The position numbers and the translations under genes are program-made. The notes below the pieces were generated by a model, which did not search any database, was not told where the DNA came from, and saw nothing but the letters and a program-made list of their open reading frames with translations. Source: Helicobacteraceae bacterium (GTDB lineage Bacteria; Campylobacterota; Campylobacteria; Campylobacterales; Sulfurimonadaceae). Taken from it: 58,172 nucleotides of DNA. Positions 16,418-26,569 of the stretch are shown in pieces; position 1 is the stretch's first letter, and each line of letters opens with the position of its first letter. The stretch spans positions 1 to 58,172 of the forward strand of contig JALUFE010000013.1 of the NCBI GenBank assembly GCA_027052175.1, in the 5' to 3' direction.

Positions 16418-17072
16418 TCGTGCCTCCTTTTAAGCGTTTCGCGTTTTGTGAAAAATTCCGCGGGAAGCCGTTCGTATCGATAGCGCTCATATGTTTCAAA
16501 AACGCCACAAGAGCAACCGCTTCATCTTTCGTGATTCCCAAATTCGGCATCATACGCGCGTGTGTCGGATATTGTGAAGGATGCATCAAAAACTCAGCCA
16601 TCGCTTCTTCTTTTGTCTGCTTGCCCGTAATGGCTTCCATTGTCCCGTCATTCCATTTTGGATCAAGCCATGCTTTGGTAAGATCAGGCGCATAATAAGC
16701 ACCGTTACCAAGAAGTGTATGGCAGTTCATACAGTTTTTCGCCTGCTCCGTCAACTTACCGTGATGCAGTAGTTCCGCAGCTTCTTTAGGGCTCCACTCT
16801 TTCCCGAAAAATGGCTCTTTCTTGCCGATAATCGGCACCTCATGTCCACGTCTTTGATCCATCTTGTAATCGATGTGATAGTTGATCACCGTGGGTGCGG
16901 GTACACGTTTTTTGATGCCTTTTTGCAAATCGGCATCGCTTCCCATACTGATTTGTCCCATCGTATCGAATGTCAACCAAATCAGCAATACGGCTGCCGT
17001 ACCCGTAACCCATGCCGCCGAACGGCGCCAGAACCGTATGCTGGTCCACACCGAAGCGCTTTTCTTACTCAT
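16407..17072 (-). CDS. norC: nitric oxide reductase cytochrome c subunit (NorC), extended form
   Basis: N-terminal TM anchor and a single CMNCH site at residues 114-118. Overlaps the norB start by 11 nt. At 221 aa it is longer than the roughly 150-aa canonical NorC. Confidence 0.85.
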   Translation of the reverse strand: MSKKSASVWTSIRFWRRSAAWVTGTAAVLLIWLTFDTMGQISMGSDADLQKGIKKRVPAPTVINYHIDYKMDQRRGHEVPIIGKKEPFFGKEWSPKEAAELLHHGKLTEQAKNCMNCHTLLGNGAYYAPDLTKAWLDPKWNDGTMEAITGKQTKEEAMAEFLMHPSQYPTHARMMPNLGITKDEAVALVAFLKHMSAIDTNGFPRNFSQNAKRLKGGTNAH

Positions 17073-17081
17073 AATTCCTCC

Positions 17082-17435
17082 TTATTTAACCGGTTGATTC
17101 CCGGTCTCCTCTGCTTGATCGTATCGTTTTTCTGCCTGTTCCACAAGATAAAAGTACAGATGCGGTGCAAACAGATACGCCACCATTGCAACCATCAATA
17201 CTTTAAATGTGAAGGGACTGCTGTGAATCCTGACAGAGAGATCATACAAACTGTACCCCTGCATAATCCAGAAAATATAAGAGACGGGCAACCATTTTTT
17301 AGAAAGGTAGCCCATCTTTGAAAATGTAACAAGCGCAGCATAACCAACGCCCAGTATCAGAACCATCGTTGAGACAACAAAGATTCCTAAAAACTCTCCC
17401 GGTGCTATTACCGGTAACGAAATGACCGTCTCCAT
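17082..17435 (-). CDS. hypothetical 3-TM membrane protein, first gene of the nor-nir operon
   Basis: 117 aa with an AAGGAG SD. Ends 9 nt before norC. Confidence 0.55.
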   Translation of the reverse strand: METVISLPVIAPGEFLGIFVVSTMVLILGVGYAALVTFSKMGYLSKKWLPVSYIFWIMQGYSLYDLSVRIHSSPFTFKVLMVAMVAYLFAPHLYFYLVEQAEKRYDQAEETGNQPVK

Positions 17436-17472
17436 TACACTGCACTCCTTTTTTTCCAGATTTACATAGAGT

Positions 17473-17514
17473 ATTATGTCGCTTTTTAAAAACTTTAGGT
17501 TTGATATGAATCAA
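17473..17514 (-). promoter_or_regulatory. class II FNR/Dnr-type promoter: perfect box TTGATATGAATCAA (17501-17514) plus -10 CATAAT (17478-17473)
   Basis: Perfect TTGAT-N4-ATCAA palindrome. The box centre lies 29.5 nt from the first base of the -10, which corresponds to about -41.5. It is 72 nt upstream of the ATG at 17435. Confidence 0.7.
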
Positions 17515-17536
17515 GGATTAGTGTGTTTTTTTTATT

Positions 17537-17902
17537 TTATTCGACAATGCAACGAGCGGTAAAAAAAGGTCTGGAGTAAGCCGGAGAGACAAAATTGTCA
17601 CCTTTGAGCTCCCAGCCGTTCGTCTTTCTGATAGTCACGAACTGAGCACCTTTTCGGATGATACGATTTTCGCAAACCACACTCTTGCCCTCCGAAAAAG
17701 CGGCTTTGACTTCATTCATCCGTTTCGTCGTTATATAATAGTGCATCCCAATAAAAAAAGCCAATACGGTTCCAACTCCCGCCATCCCCTTTTTCATGGC
17801 ATTTTTACCCATAAAAGGACGTGTTGTCACAAAAAGTGTCACACTCAAGATAACTACAGCCAAAAGCAGGTAACCGCCCTCGATATAAAAAAATTTCTGC
17901 AT
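17537..17902 (-). CDS. hypothetical 2-TM membrane protein with a C-terminal soluble domain
   Basis: The start at 17902 has a GAGGAAG SD. The track ORF (to 17971) would include the FNR-type box and the -10. Confidence 0.55.
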   Translation of the reverse strand: MQKFFYIEGGYLLLAVVILSVTLFVTTRPFMGKNAMKKGMAGVGTVLAFFIGMHYYITTKRMNEVKAAFSEGKSVVCENRIIRKGAQFVTIRKTNGWELKGDNFVSPAYSRPFFTARCIVE

Positions 17903-17925
17903 TTTTTCACTTCCTCTCTTATTGA

Positions 17926-17967
17926 ATAGTAACGAAACAGATAAATTTTCCAATTGACACAAATCAA
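17926..17967 (-). promoter_or_regulatory. FNR/Dnr-type box TTGACACAAATCAA (17954-17967) plus -10 TACTAT (17931-17926)
   Basis: One mismatch to the consensus. The box centre is 29.5 nt from the -10 of the minus-strand gene. The nearest plus-strand -10 candidate (TACTAT 17996-18001) is 35.5 nt away. Confidence 0.55.
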
Positions 17968-18032
17968 GCAAGATTAATTTTTTTGTTATCTACTTTACTA
18001 TATAGTTAGGCTTTCTAAAAGGAGATGCGGTT

Positions 18033-18218
18033 TTGGATATCGTTTTAACACTTGTTTTTAGCATCGTTATGCTTTTTTTCATGATATATCCGGCAATAAA
18101 GATTACGGAATGGATTGACGAACGATACCCTTTGCCAAAAAAACTCTATACACCGTTTATGTTAACCACTGTCTTGCTGCTCTCTCTGGCGGTAGGACTT
18201 TTCCTCCATTATGCTTAA
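18033..18218 (+). CDS. candidate 61-aa 2-TM membrane protein (TTG start)
   Basis: AGGAGA SD at 18020-18025, 7 nt before the TTG. Two hydrophobic helices. Ends 9 nt before the regulator gene. Confidence 0.4.
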   Translation: MDIVLTLVFSIVMLFFMIYPAIKITEWIDERYPLPKKLYTPFMLTTVLLLSLAVGLFLHYA

Positions 18219-18227
18219 AGGTGAATT

Positions 18228-18866
18228 ATGCATCGGTTGAGAGATTTCTTTTTTTTCGAAGAGCTCGATGAAACACACTTCAGAGAGCTGGAAAAGATTT
18301 CGAAAGTCGTACATTATAAAAAAGGCTCTATAGCTTTTTTCGAAGGGGAAGAAGCTGCCTCGCTTTTCATTTTGATCGAAGGTGTCCTGCAAGTCTACAA
18401 AACCGACAGAAAAGGCAACAGAATCATTCTTCACCACTTTTTCCCCAAAACGATGGTTGCGGAATTCGCCAATCTTGAGCATATACCTTTTCCCGCTTCA
18501 GCCGAATTTGAAACAGACGGTGCCGCTGTTATCATAGATTATCCGAAATTTGAAGAAAAATTTCTTTCACATCCAACTGTCAGCAAACTTCTGATCAAAT
18601 CTTTGACAAAAAAGATCAAATATCTTGAAAATGTCATCGACAACAATATCGTGATGAACTCGACGGCTCGTGTCGCTAAATTTATTTGCGAACATGAAAA
18701 CGACATTCACAAACTAAAAAAAAGACAAATCGCAGCCGATTTGAACATGACGCCTGAGACCCTCTCACGCATCCTGAAAAAATTCGTCACCCTCAACCTC
18801 ATAAAAAAGGAAAAGGAACAGGTTTACATTCTCGATAAAAAAGGACTGGCCTGTTTTTATGAATAA
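18228..18866 (+). CDS. Crp/Fnr-family transcriptional regulator (Dnr/NnrR/NssR-like, no N-terminal Cys cluster)
   Basis: cNMP-binding-type beta-roll (FFEGEEAASLFILIEGVLQVY) and a C-terminal HTH with the E--SR recognition motif (TPETLSRILKKF). Confidence 0.9.
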   Translation: MHRLRDFFFFEELDETHFRELEKISKVVHYKKGSIAFFEGEEAASLFILIEGVLQVYKTDRKGNRIILHHFFPKTMVAEFANLEHIPFPASAEFETDGAAVIIDYPKFEEKFLSHPTVSKLLIKSLTKKIKYLENVIDNNIVMNSTARVAKFICEHENDIHKLKKRQIAADLNMTPETLSRILKKFVTLNLIKKEKEQVYILDKKGLACFYE

Positions 18867-19767
18867 AATGAATTTTCACACATATGTCAAAGCCGTCGGT
18901 ACCGGACCTAAAAGCAATCGCGATCTCTCTTTTAAAGAGAGCGAAGATATGATGCGGCAGATTTTAGAACAAGAAGCCTATCCTGAAGAGATTGCCGCAT
19001 TTTTGACGGGATGGCGTCTCAAACCGGAAACGATCACGGAATTCCAAGGAGCACTTGCCGCGTGCGACAAAGCTTCCAATTTTCAAAAAATCGAAAACAG
19101 CATCGAACTCGGCTATCCGTTTGACGGTAAAGCGAAAAACCCCTATTTGCTGCCGCTCATAGCCAAAAGTCTCGAAAAAAGCGATCTGCGGCTTGCCGTA
19201 TATGGAGACGATATCATCCCGGCCAAAGAAGGTATCACACTCAAACAGCTTCACGAAGCGATAAATTTTCCAAGAAATCTCCATTACTTCGACCGGGCTT
19301 CTTACTCTCCGGCTATGCACAAACTCAGTGAAATGCGAAAACGCATAGGGCTTAGAACCGGCTTGAATACGATAGAGAAACTTCCCGGCATCTCACAAAG
19401 TAAATATGCGGTCACCGGCGTTTTTCACAAACCTTACGTCAAAAAATATGTCGGCATCTTTGGAGAACGCTACAAACGTCTTGCGCTCATCCAGGGAAAT
19501 GAAGGTACCCCGGAACTTTTTGGCAAAGGCAGGCTCTGGATAGCTGAGAACGGAGAGATAGAGGAGTTTCATGTCGATCCGGAAAAGTTCGATATCCATT
19601 ATGAAAAGTCTTGGGAGCGAATCACACCTCAAGAGTCTTTCAAGCAGCTCCAGGCCCCCTCAAACGAATTTAAAAAGCTTGCCAGGCTCAATGCGGCCAT
19701 TTTTCTTTTCATAGCGGACAAAAGCTCCAGTATAGAAAAAGCATATGAAAGTTTAACCGACTTTTAA
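18859..19767 (+). CDS. anthranilate phosphoribosyltransferase-family paralogue (TrpD2/YbiB-like), degenerate active-site motifs
   Basis: N-terminal glycosyltransferase-3 helical domain (EEIAAFLTGWRLKPETITEFQGAL). The GTGGD-type motif is replaced by GYPFDGKAKN. 8-nt overlap with the regulator gene. Confidence 0.55.
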   Translation: MNKMNFHTYVKAVGTGPKSNRDLSFKESEDMMRQILEQEAYPEEIAAFLTGWRLKPETITEFQGALAACDKASNFQKIENSIELGYPFDGKAKNPYLLPLIAKSLEKSDLRLAVYGDDIIPAKEGITLKQLHEAINFPRNLHYFDRASYSPAMHKLSEMRKRIGLRTGLNTIEKLPGISQSKYAVTGVFHKPYVKKYVGIFGERYKRLALIQGNEGTPELFGKGRLWIAENGEIEEFHVDPEKFDIHYEKSWERITPQESFKQLQAPSNEFKKLARLNAAIFLFIADKSSSIEKAYESLTDF

Positions 19768-21793
<2,026 letters not shown>

Positions 21794-21794
21794 A

Positions 21795-23063
21795 ATGGAC
21801 ATAGAAACACTCGCACTTCACGCAGGATACGAAAAAGACGCCCATGGCACGATGGCAGTCCCTATCTACCAAAGTACGGCTTACGAGTTTCGCGACGCCG
21901 AACATGCGGCAAATCTCTTTGCCCTCAAAGAGCTTGGCAATATCTACACACGTCTGAACAATCCTACAACCGATGTATTTGAAAAGCGTTTTGCCGCACT
22001 TGAAGGTGGAGAGGCAGCCATCGCGACATCAAGCGGGATGGCGGCGATCTTCTACGCTTTTGCCAACCTGGCGGCAGCGGGAGAGAACATTGTCTGCGCT
22101 TCACAGGCTTACGGCGGGACGCTTACCCAAACGGCGCACACGCTCAAGCGTTTTGGTATCGAAGCGCGCTTTTTCAATGTACACGATATGGAAGAACTAC
22201 GCTCAAAAATTGATGACAAAACCCGCGCGATCTTCTTTGAGACACTCACCAACCCAAGCATCGATGTCGCCGATATCGACGCCATCGTCGCTATAGCTAA
22301 CGAGCATGGGATCGTGAGTGTCACCGACAATACCGTTGCCACTCCTATCCTCTGCCAACCACTGCTTCGCGGTGTGGATGTGAGTGTCCACAGTGCCAGC
22401 AAATACACAACCGGACAAGGGCTTGCCATAGGCGGTATCATGGTCGAGCGAAAAGGACTTACGGACAAACTCAAAAGCAATCCGCGCTACGCTCATTTCA
22501 ACGAGCCCGATGAGAGCTATCACGGGCTTGTCTATACAGAAGTGGGGCTGCCTGCCTTTACACTGCGCGCACGCCTTTCTCTGCTTCGCGATCTTGGTGC
22601 AGCTCCAAGTCCCTTTAACTCCTGGCTCTTTATCCAAGGGATGGAGACACTGCCACTTAGGATGCAAAAGCACTCCCAAAACGCTTTGGCGGTTGCGAAG
22701 TTTTTAGAAGAGCATCCAAAAGTCAAAAAAGTCAACTACCCCGGCTTGCCATCAAATCCCAACTACAAAATGGCGCAAAAGTACTTCAAAGATGGTATGG
22801 CAAGCGGACTGCTTAGCTTCGAGCTTGGCTCCTTTGAAGAAGCTAAAAAAGTAGTCGATAGCGTCGAGATCTTCAGCCTTGTCGTCAATATCGGTGACTC
22901 CAAGTCCATCATCACCCACCCCGCTTCGACAACCCATCAGCAGCTCAGTGAAGAAGAACTTGTCGCTTGCGGTGTCCCAAGCGGGCTGATCCGCCTCTCA
23001 TGCGGATTGGAGAGTTCGAACGATCTCATCGAAGACCTCAAGCAGGCTTTAGAAAGAGTTTAG
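21795..23063 (+). CDS. metY: O-acetylhomoserine sulfhydrylase (PLP-dependent Cys/Met metabolism family)
   Basis: Full-length MetY-like sequence. PLP lysine context SASKYTTG. The ATG at 21795 has an AAGGAAA SD. Confidence 0.9.
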   Translation: MDIETLALHAGYEKDAHGTMAVPIYQSTAYEFRDAEHAANLFALKELGNIYTRLNNPTTDVFEKRFAALEGGEAAIATSSGMAAIFYAFANLAAAGENIVCASQAYGGTLTQTAHTLKRFGIEARFFNVHDMEELRSKIDDKTRAIFFETLTNPSIDVADIDAIVAIANEHGIVSVTDNTVATPILCQPLLRGVDVSVHSASKYTTGQGLAIGGIMVERKGLTDKLKSNPRYAHFNEPDESYHGLVYTEVGLPAFTLRARLSLLRDLGAAPSPFNSWLFIQGMETLPLRMQKHSQNALAVAKFLEEHPKVKKVNYPGLPSNPNYKMAQKYFKDGMASGLLSFELGSFEEAKKVVDSVEIFSLVVNIGDSKSIITHPASTTHQQLSEEELVACGVPSGLIRLSCGLESSNDLIEDLKQALERV

Positions 23064-23135
23064 TTAGTTTGGATAAAATTGCATTAAAAAAACAGACTGT
23101 GCACACCAAATCGTAAAGAAAATGGATTTCGCGAT

Positions 23136-24275
23136 ATGTGTGCAAGGTCTGTTAAAAAAGCAAGTGATTTGAGCCTGAACCTCCAAACGAAAAAAGAACA
23201 CTTTACCAATCCGCTGTATTTAGAGAGTGGACGCATTCTTGAGCCGTACGACATCGTTTATGAAACCTACGGTGAAATGAACGAAGACAAAAGCAATGTC
23301 GTTGTCGTCTGCCATGCACTTACAGGCAGTCATCACGCTGCAGGCCTGTATGAAGGAGATACGAAACCCGGATGGTGGGACGGGCTTATAGGCAGCGGGA
23401 AGGCTATCGACACCGACAAGCACTTTGTCATCTGCACCAATGTCATCGGCAGTTGCTTTGGCTCCACCGGTCCGATGAGTCCGCAACCACCGCATCAAAA
23501 TCCTTACAGATTCAAATTTCCCGTCGTCACCATCAAAGATATGGTCAAGGCACAGAGGATTCTCTTTGACAGGCTTGGGATCCATCATGTAAAAGCGATC
23601 GTGGGCGGCAGTATGGGTGGTATGCAGGCTCTGCACTTTGCGATCCACTTTCCTAAATTCGCAGACAGCATCATCGCACTAGCCACCACCTACGCTACAC
23701 AACCATGGGCGATCGCTTTTAACAAAGTCGCCCAAGAAGCGATCCTCAAAGATCCGGACTTTCAAAACGGCTACTATGACCCCGATGTGATCAAAGAGCA
23801 GGGATTAGCCGGTATGGCGGTGGGAAGAATGGCGGGACACATCAGCTTTCTCTCCCACGATTCGATGCAGAAAAAGTTTGGCAGAGAGTACAAAAGAACA
23901 GACGGGCTGTATGAGCTTTTTGGAAAGTTTCAAGTAGAAAGCTATCTTGAATACAACGGCTACAACTTTACCAAATGGTTCGATCCATTGAGTTACCTCT
24001 ACATCACCAAAGCGATCAATATCTATGACCTTGCACGCGGATTTGACAGCTTGGAAGAGGCGCTACGCCGAATCAGCTCGAACCTGCTGCTGCTGAGTTT
24101 CAAAGAGGATATGCTCTTTCGAAACGAGGAGATGAAACATATAGCCGATATCCTCAAAAAGATAGGCAATACCGATCACACCTATATCGATATCGACAGC
24201 GACTATGGGCATGACGCTTTTTTGGTGGAGCTTGAAAAATTTGATCACTATATCCGGGAGGTTTTGGAGCGATGA
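23136..24275 (+). CDS. metX: homoserine O-acetyltransferase
   Basis: Alpha/beta hydrolase with GGSMGGMQ nucleophile elbow. HALTGSHH motif. The exact start is uncertain. Confidence 0.9.
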   Translation: MCARSVKKASDLSLNLQTKKEHFTNPLYLESGRILEPYDIVYETYGEMNEDKSNVVVVCHALTGSHHAAGLYEGDTKPGWWDGLIGSGKAIDTDKHFVICTNVIGSCFGSTGPMSPQPPHQNPYRFKFPVVTIKDMVKAQRILFDRLGIHHVKAIVGGSMGGMQALHFAIHFPKFADSIIALATTYATQPWAIAFNKVAQEAILKDPDFQNGYYDPDVIKEQGLAGMAVGRMAGHISFLSHDSMQKKFGREYKRTDGLYELFGKFQVESYLEYNGYNFTKWFDPLSYLYITKAINIYDLARGFDSLEEALRRISSNLLLLSFKEDMLFRNEEMKHIADILKKIGNTDHTYIDIDSDYGHDAFLVELEKFDHYIREVLER

Positions 24276-24463
24276 GCGAAAAAGAGATGAGTTTCGAAGA
24301 GAAAATAGAGCGCGCGAAAAAGATACTCGAAAGGCTGATGGATCCCGAGATCACGCTGGCAGAAAGTGTCAAAGCCTACGAAGAGGGGATCAAAGAGCTA
24401 AGTGAAGCAACCAAGCTGCTCGAAGAGGCCAAACTCAAGATCAACGAGATAAAAGCCTCCTGA
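24272..24463 (+). CDS. xseB: exodeoxyribonuclease VII small subunit
   Basis: 63 aa. FEEKIERAKKILERL...LAESVKAYEEG is typical of XseB. Confidence 0.85.
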   Translation: MSEKEMSFEEKIERAKKILERLMDPEITLAESVKAYEEGIKELSEATKLLEEAKLKINEIKAS

Positions 24464-25260
24464 TGTTAGCTGCAGTCTTACAACTCAACTCACAAGGGCT
24501 CAGTTCCACAAAACTTTACAATTACATCCGCATCGCACACAAAAAGGGGGTCAGAGTGCTCCTTCTTGGCGAGTACATCCTCAACCCGTTTTTCAAAGAG
24601 CTTGAAAACCTCTCACTGGAGATGATAGAGGAATCAAGCAGACTCCAGAGCAAAGTGCTAAGAGAGAGTGCAAGAGACTACAATATGACGATCGTCGCTC
24701 CACTGGTACTTGTCAAAGGGGGCAAACCCTACAAAGCGACAGCCAAGTTTTCCCCAAAAAGAGTGATGTACTACTATCAGCAGTTTCTCATCAACTACCC
24801 ACACTGGAACGAAGAGAAGTTTTTCGCAAACAAGATAGAAGAACCAAAATCACCACTTGTTTTCAAAACATCGGGAGTGAAATTTGCCGTGCTCAATGCT
24901 TTTGAAATCCATTTCGATGCACTGTGGCACTTTGTCGATGAAAGAAACATCGACTGTGTCTTGTTGCCGGGAGCAGCGACCTTCGGCTCGTATGAGAGAT
25001 GGGAAGCACTGGTACGCACCCGTGCTTTCACCCACAACTGTTATGTGCTCCGAGCCAACCGGATCGGGGAGTACCGTTCACAAAACGAATGCTGGGAATT
25101 CTATGGGGATTCCATTCTCGCTTCACCTGATGGCGAAATTCTGAACCACCTTGGCAATCAGGAAGAATTGATGATCGTAGAGATCGATCATGACGATGTC
25201 AAAGACGCCAAAAAAGCGTGGCGATTCAAAGAAGCATTGCAAAAAAGAAATTTGCTATAA
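24463..25260 (+). CDS. carbon-nitrogen hydrolase (nitrilase superfamily)-like protein, nucleophile Cys apparently replaced
   Basis: CN-hydrolase-like layout (LLLGEY...). The position of the catalytic Cys motif reads FAVLNAFEIHF (Cys to Ala). Confidence 0.6.
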   Translation: MLAAVLQLNSQGLSSTKLYNYIRIAHKKGVRVLLLGEYILNPFFKELENLSLEMIEESSRLQSKVLRESARDYNMTIVAPLVLVKGGKPYKATAKFSPKRVMYYYQQFLINYPHWNEEKFFANKIEEPKSPLVFKTSGVKFAVLNAFEIHFDALWHFVDERNIDCVLLPGAATFGSYERWEALVRTRAFTHNCYVLRANRIGEYRSQNECWEFYGDSILASPDGEILNHLGNQEELMIVEIDHDDVKDAKKAWRFKEALQKRNLL

Positions 25261-25291
25261 TTCGAAAAAACTTTTTAAGGAGACAGAACAG

Positions 25292-26485
25292 TTGAGTGAT
25301 TCGCAACCCAACCGGAGCAGTGAAAAAAAAGAGGAGAAAGAGAATTTTTTCGAATACTTCTTCGAAGATTACTGGGATATATTCGTCGGTATTTTTGCCA
25401 TAGTGATAGCTTTTTACTTTCATCACACTCACTCCATACTGCTTTCGACACTCTTTGCGGCAGTCGGGATCGGTTCCTTGTCCCTGACTGTTTCGGAAAT
25501 CGCCGAGATCCTTTCTGAACGACTCAAAGAGCCTTATGGCAGCTTTGTACTTACTTTCAGCGCCGTTGCAGTCGAGATTATACTTCTTTATATCATCCTT
25601 CTTCAAGCCCATGAAAATCCGCAGATTCTCGATACGGTCAAAGGGGGTATCATCTCCGCCGTCATTGTAGATATGAACGTTCTTTTGGGGCTTGCCGTCT
25701 TTATTGGGGGGCTGAAATTCGTCGAACAGGAGCATAACAAAGAGACCTCAAGTGCCTATACGACCATCCTCTATGTCTCCTCTATGGCCCTACTCGTTCC
25801 AAGTCTGCTCAGCCGCAGCGACCATACGCCGCAGGTCGTTATGGAAGCGTCGATGTATATCGCGGCTTTGCTCTTTGCTTTTTATATCGTTATCGTCATC
25901 TTCCAGACCAAGACCCACACCCACTTCTTCAAACAGACTGCAAGAAGCCGTATCTTCCGCTTAAAACGCAAGCTCAAAGAACAAAACCATGAAGAAGATG
26001 AAGATGAGGATGACGACTATATCTTTGATCGCCTGCCTAACCTTGTGCTTATTTTCTCCATCTTTTTCTGTATCGCCATTATCGCTTTGGGGGCAGAGGT
26101 ATTTGCCAAAGACGGCGTTGTGCTTGCCAAAGATTTCGGTATCTCTACAGGTATTGCGGGGCTTATCATCGCGATCATCTCCGTCTCACCCGAGATCGCC
26201 ACAGCGATCAAAGCGGCCAAAAACGATGAGATCCAGCGTGTTGTCAATATCGCCATGGGGGCTTCCACCGTCTCGATCCTGCTTACCGTTCCTATCTTGA
26301 TGCTACTTGCCTATAACAGCGGCATCAAGCTCACACTCGATTTCAACCCTCTTGAAGTGGGAGCACTGATCCTTACGATCATCCTTGTTTGGAAAACGAC
26401 GGATGAAGGACATACCAACTACTTCGAAGGGATCTCCCACCTGATGTTCTTCACGGCTTATGCCATTATCGCAGCTTTCTTCTAA
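25292..26485 (+). CDS. CaCA-family cation/proton antiporter (ChaA-like)
   Basis: About 11 TM with an acidic central loop (EEDEDEDDD). A TTG start at 25292 with an AAGGAGA SD avoids the 71-nt overlap of the track ORF. Confidence 0.6.
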   Translation: MSDSQPNRSSEKKEEKENFFEYFFEDYWDIFVGIFAIVIAFYFHHTHSILLSTLFAAVGIGSLSLTVSEIAEILSERLKEPYGSFVLTFSAVAVEIILLYIILLQAHENPQILDTVKGGIISAVIVDMNVLLGLAVFIGGLKFVEQEHNKETSSAYTTILYVSSMALLVPSLLSRSDHTPQVVMEASMYIAALLFAFYIVIVIFQTKTHTHFFKQTARSRIFRLKRKLKEQNHEEDEDEDDDYIFDRLPNLVLIFSIFFCIAIIALGAEVFAKDGVVLAKDFGISTGIAGLIIAIISVSPEIATAIKAAKNDEIQRVVNIAMGASTVSILLTVPILMLLAYNSGIKLTLDFNPLEVGALILTIILVWKTTDEGHTNYFEGISHLMFFTAYAIIAAFF

Positions 26486-26537
26486 GCTGCAAAAGAGTTG
26501 TCAAAAAAGAAGGATATAATAAATTATTATAAAAATG

Positions 26538-26546
26538 TGATATAAT
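26538..26546 (+). promoter_or_regulatory. candidate extended -10 (TGATATAAT)
   Basis: TGnTATAAT 24 nt upstream of the ATG at 26570. Confidence 0.35.
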
Positions 26547-26569
26547 CCAAAGAAAAAACGGATCGTATC

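Noticed and set aside
25706-25711. G6 tracts (here and at 45124-45129) as phase-variable homopolymers of the Campylobacter/Helicobacter type.
   Set aside because: Six residues is too short for efficient slipped-strand switching. Both genes are in frame.
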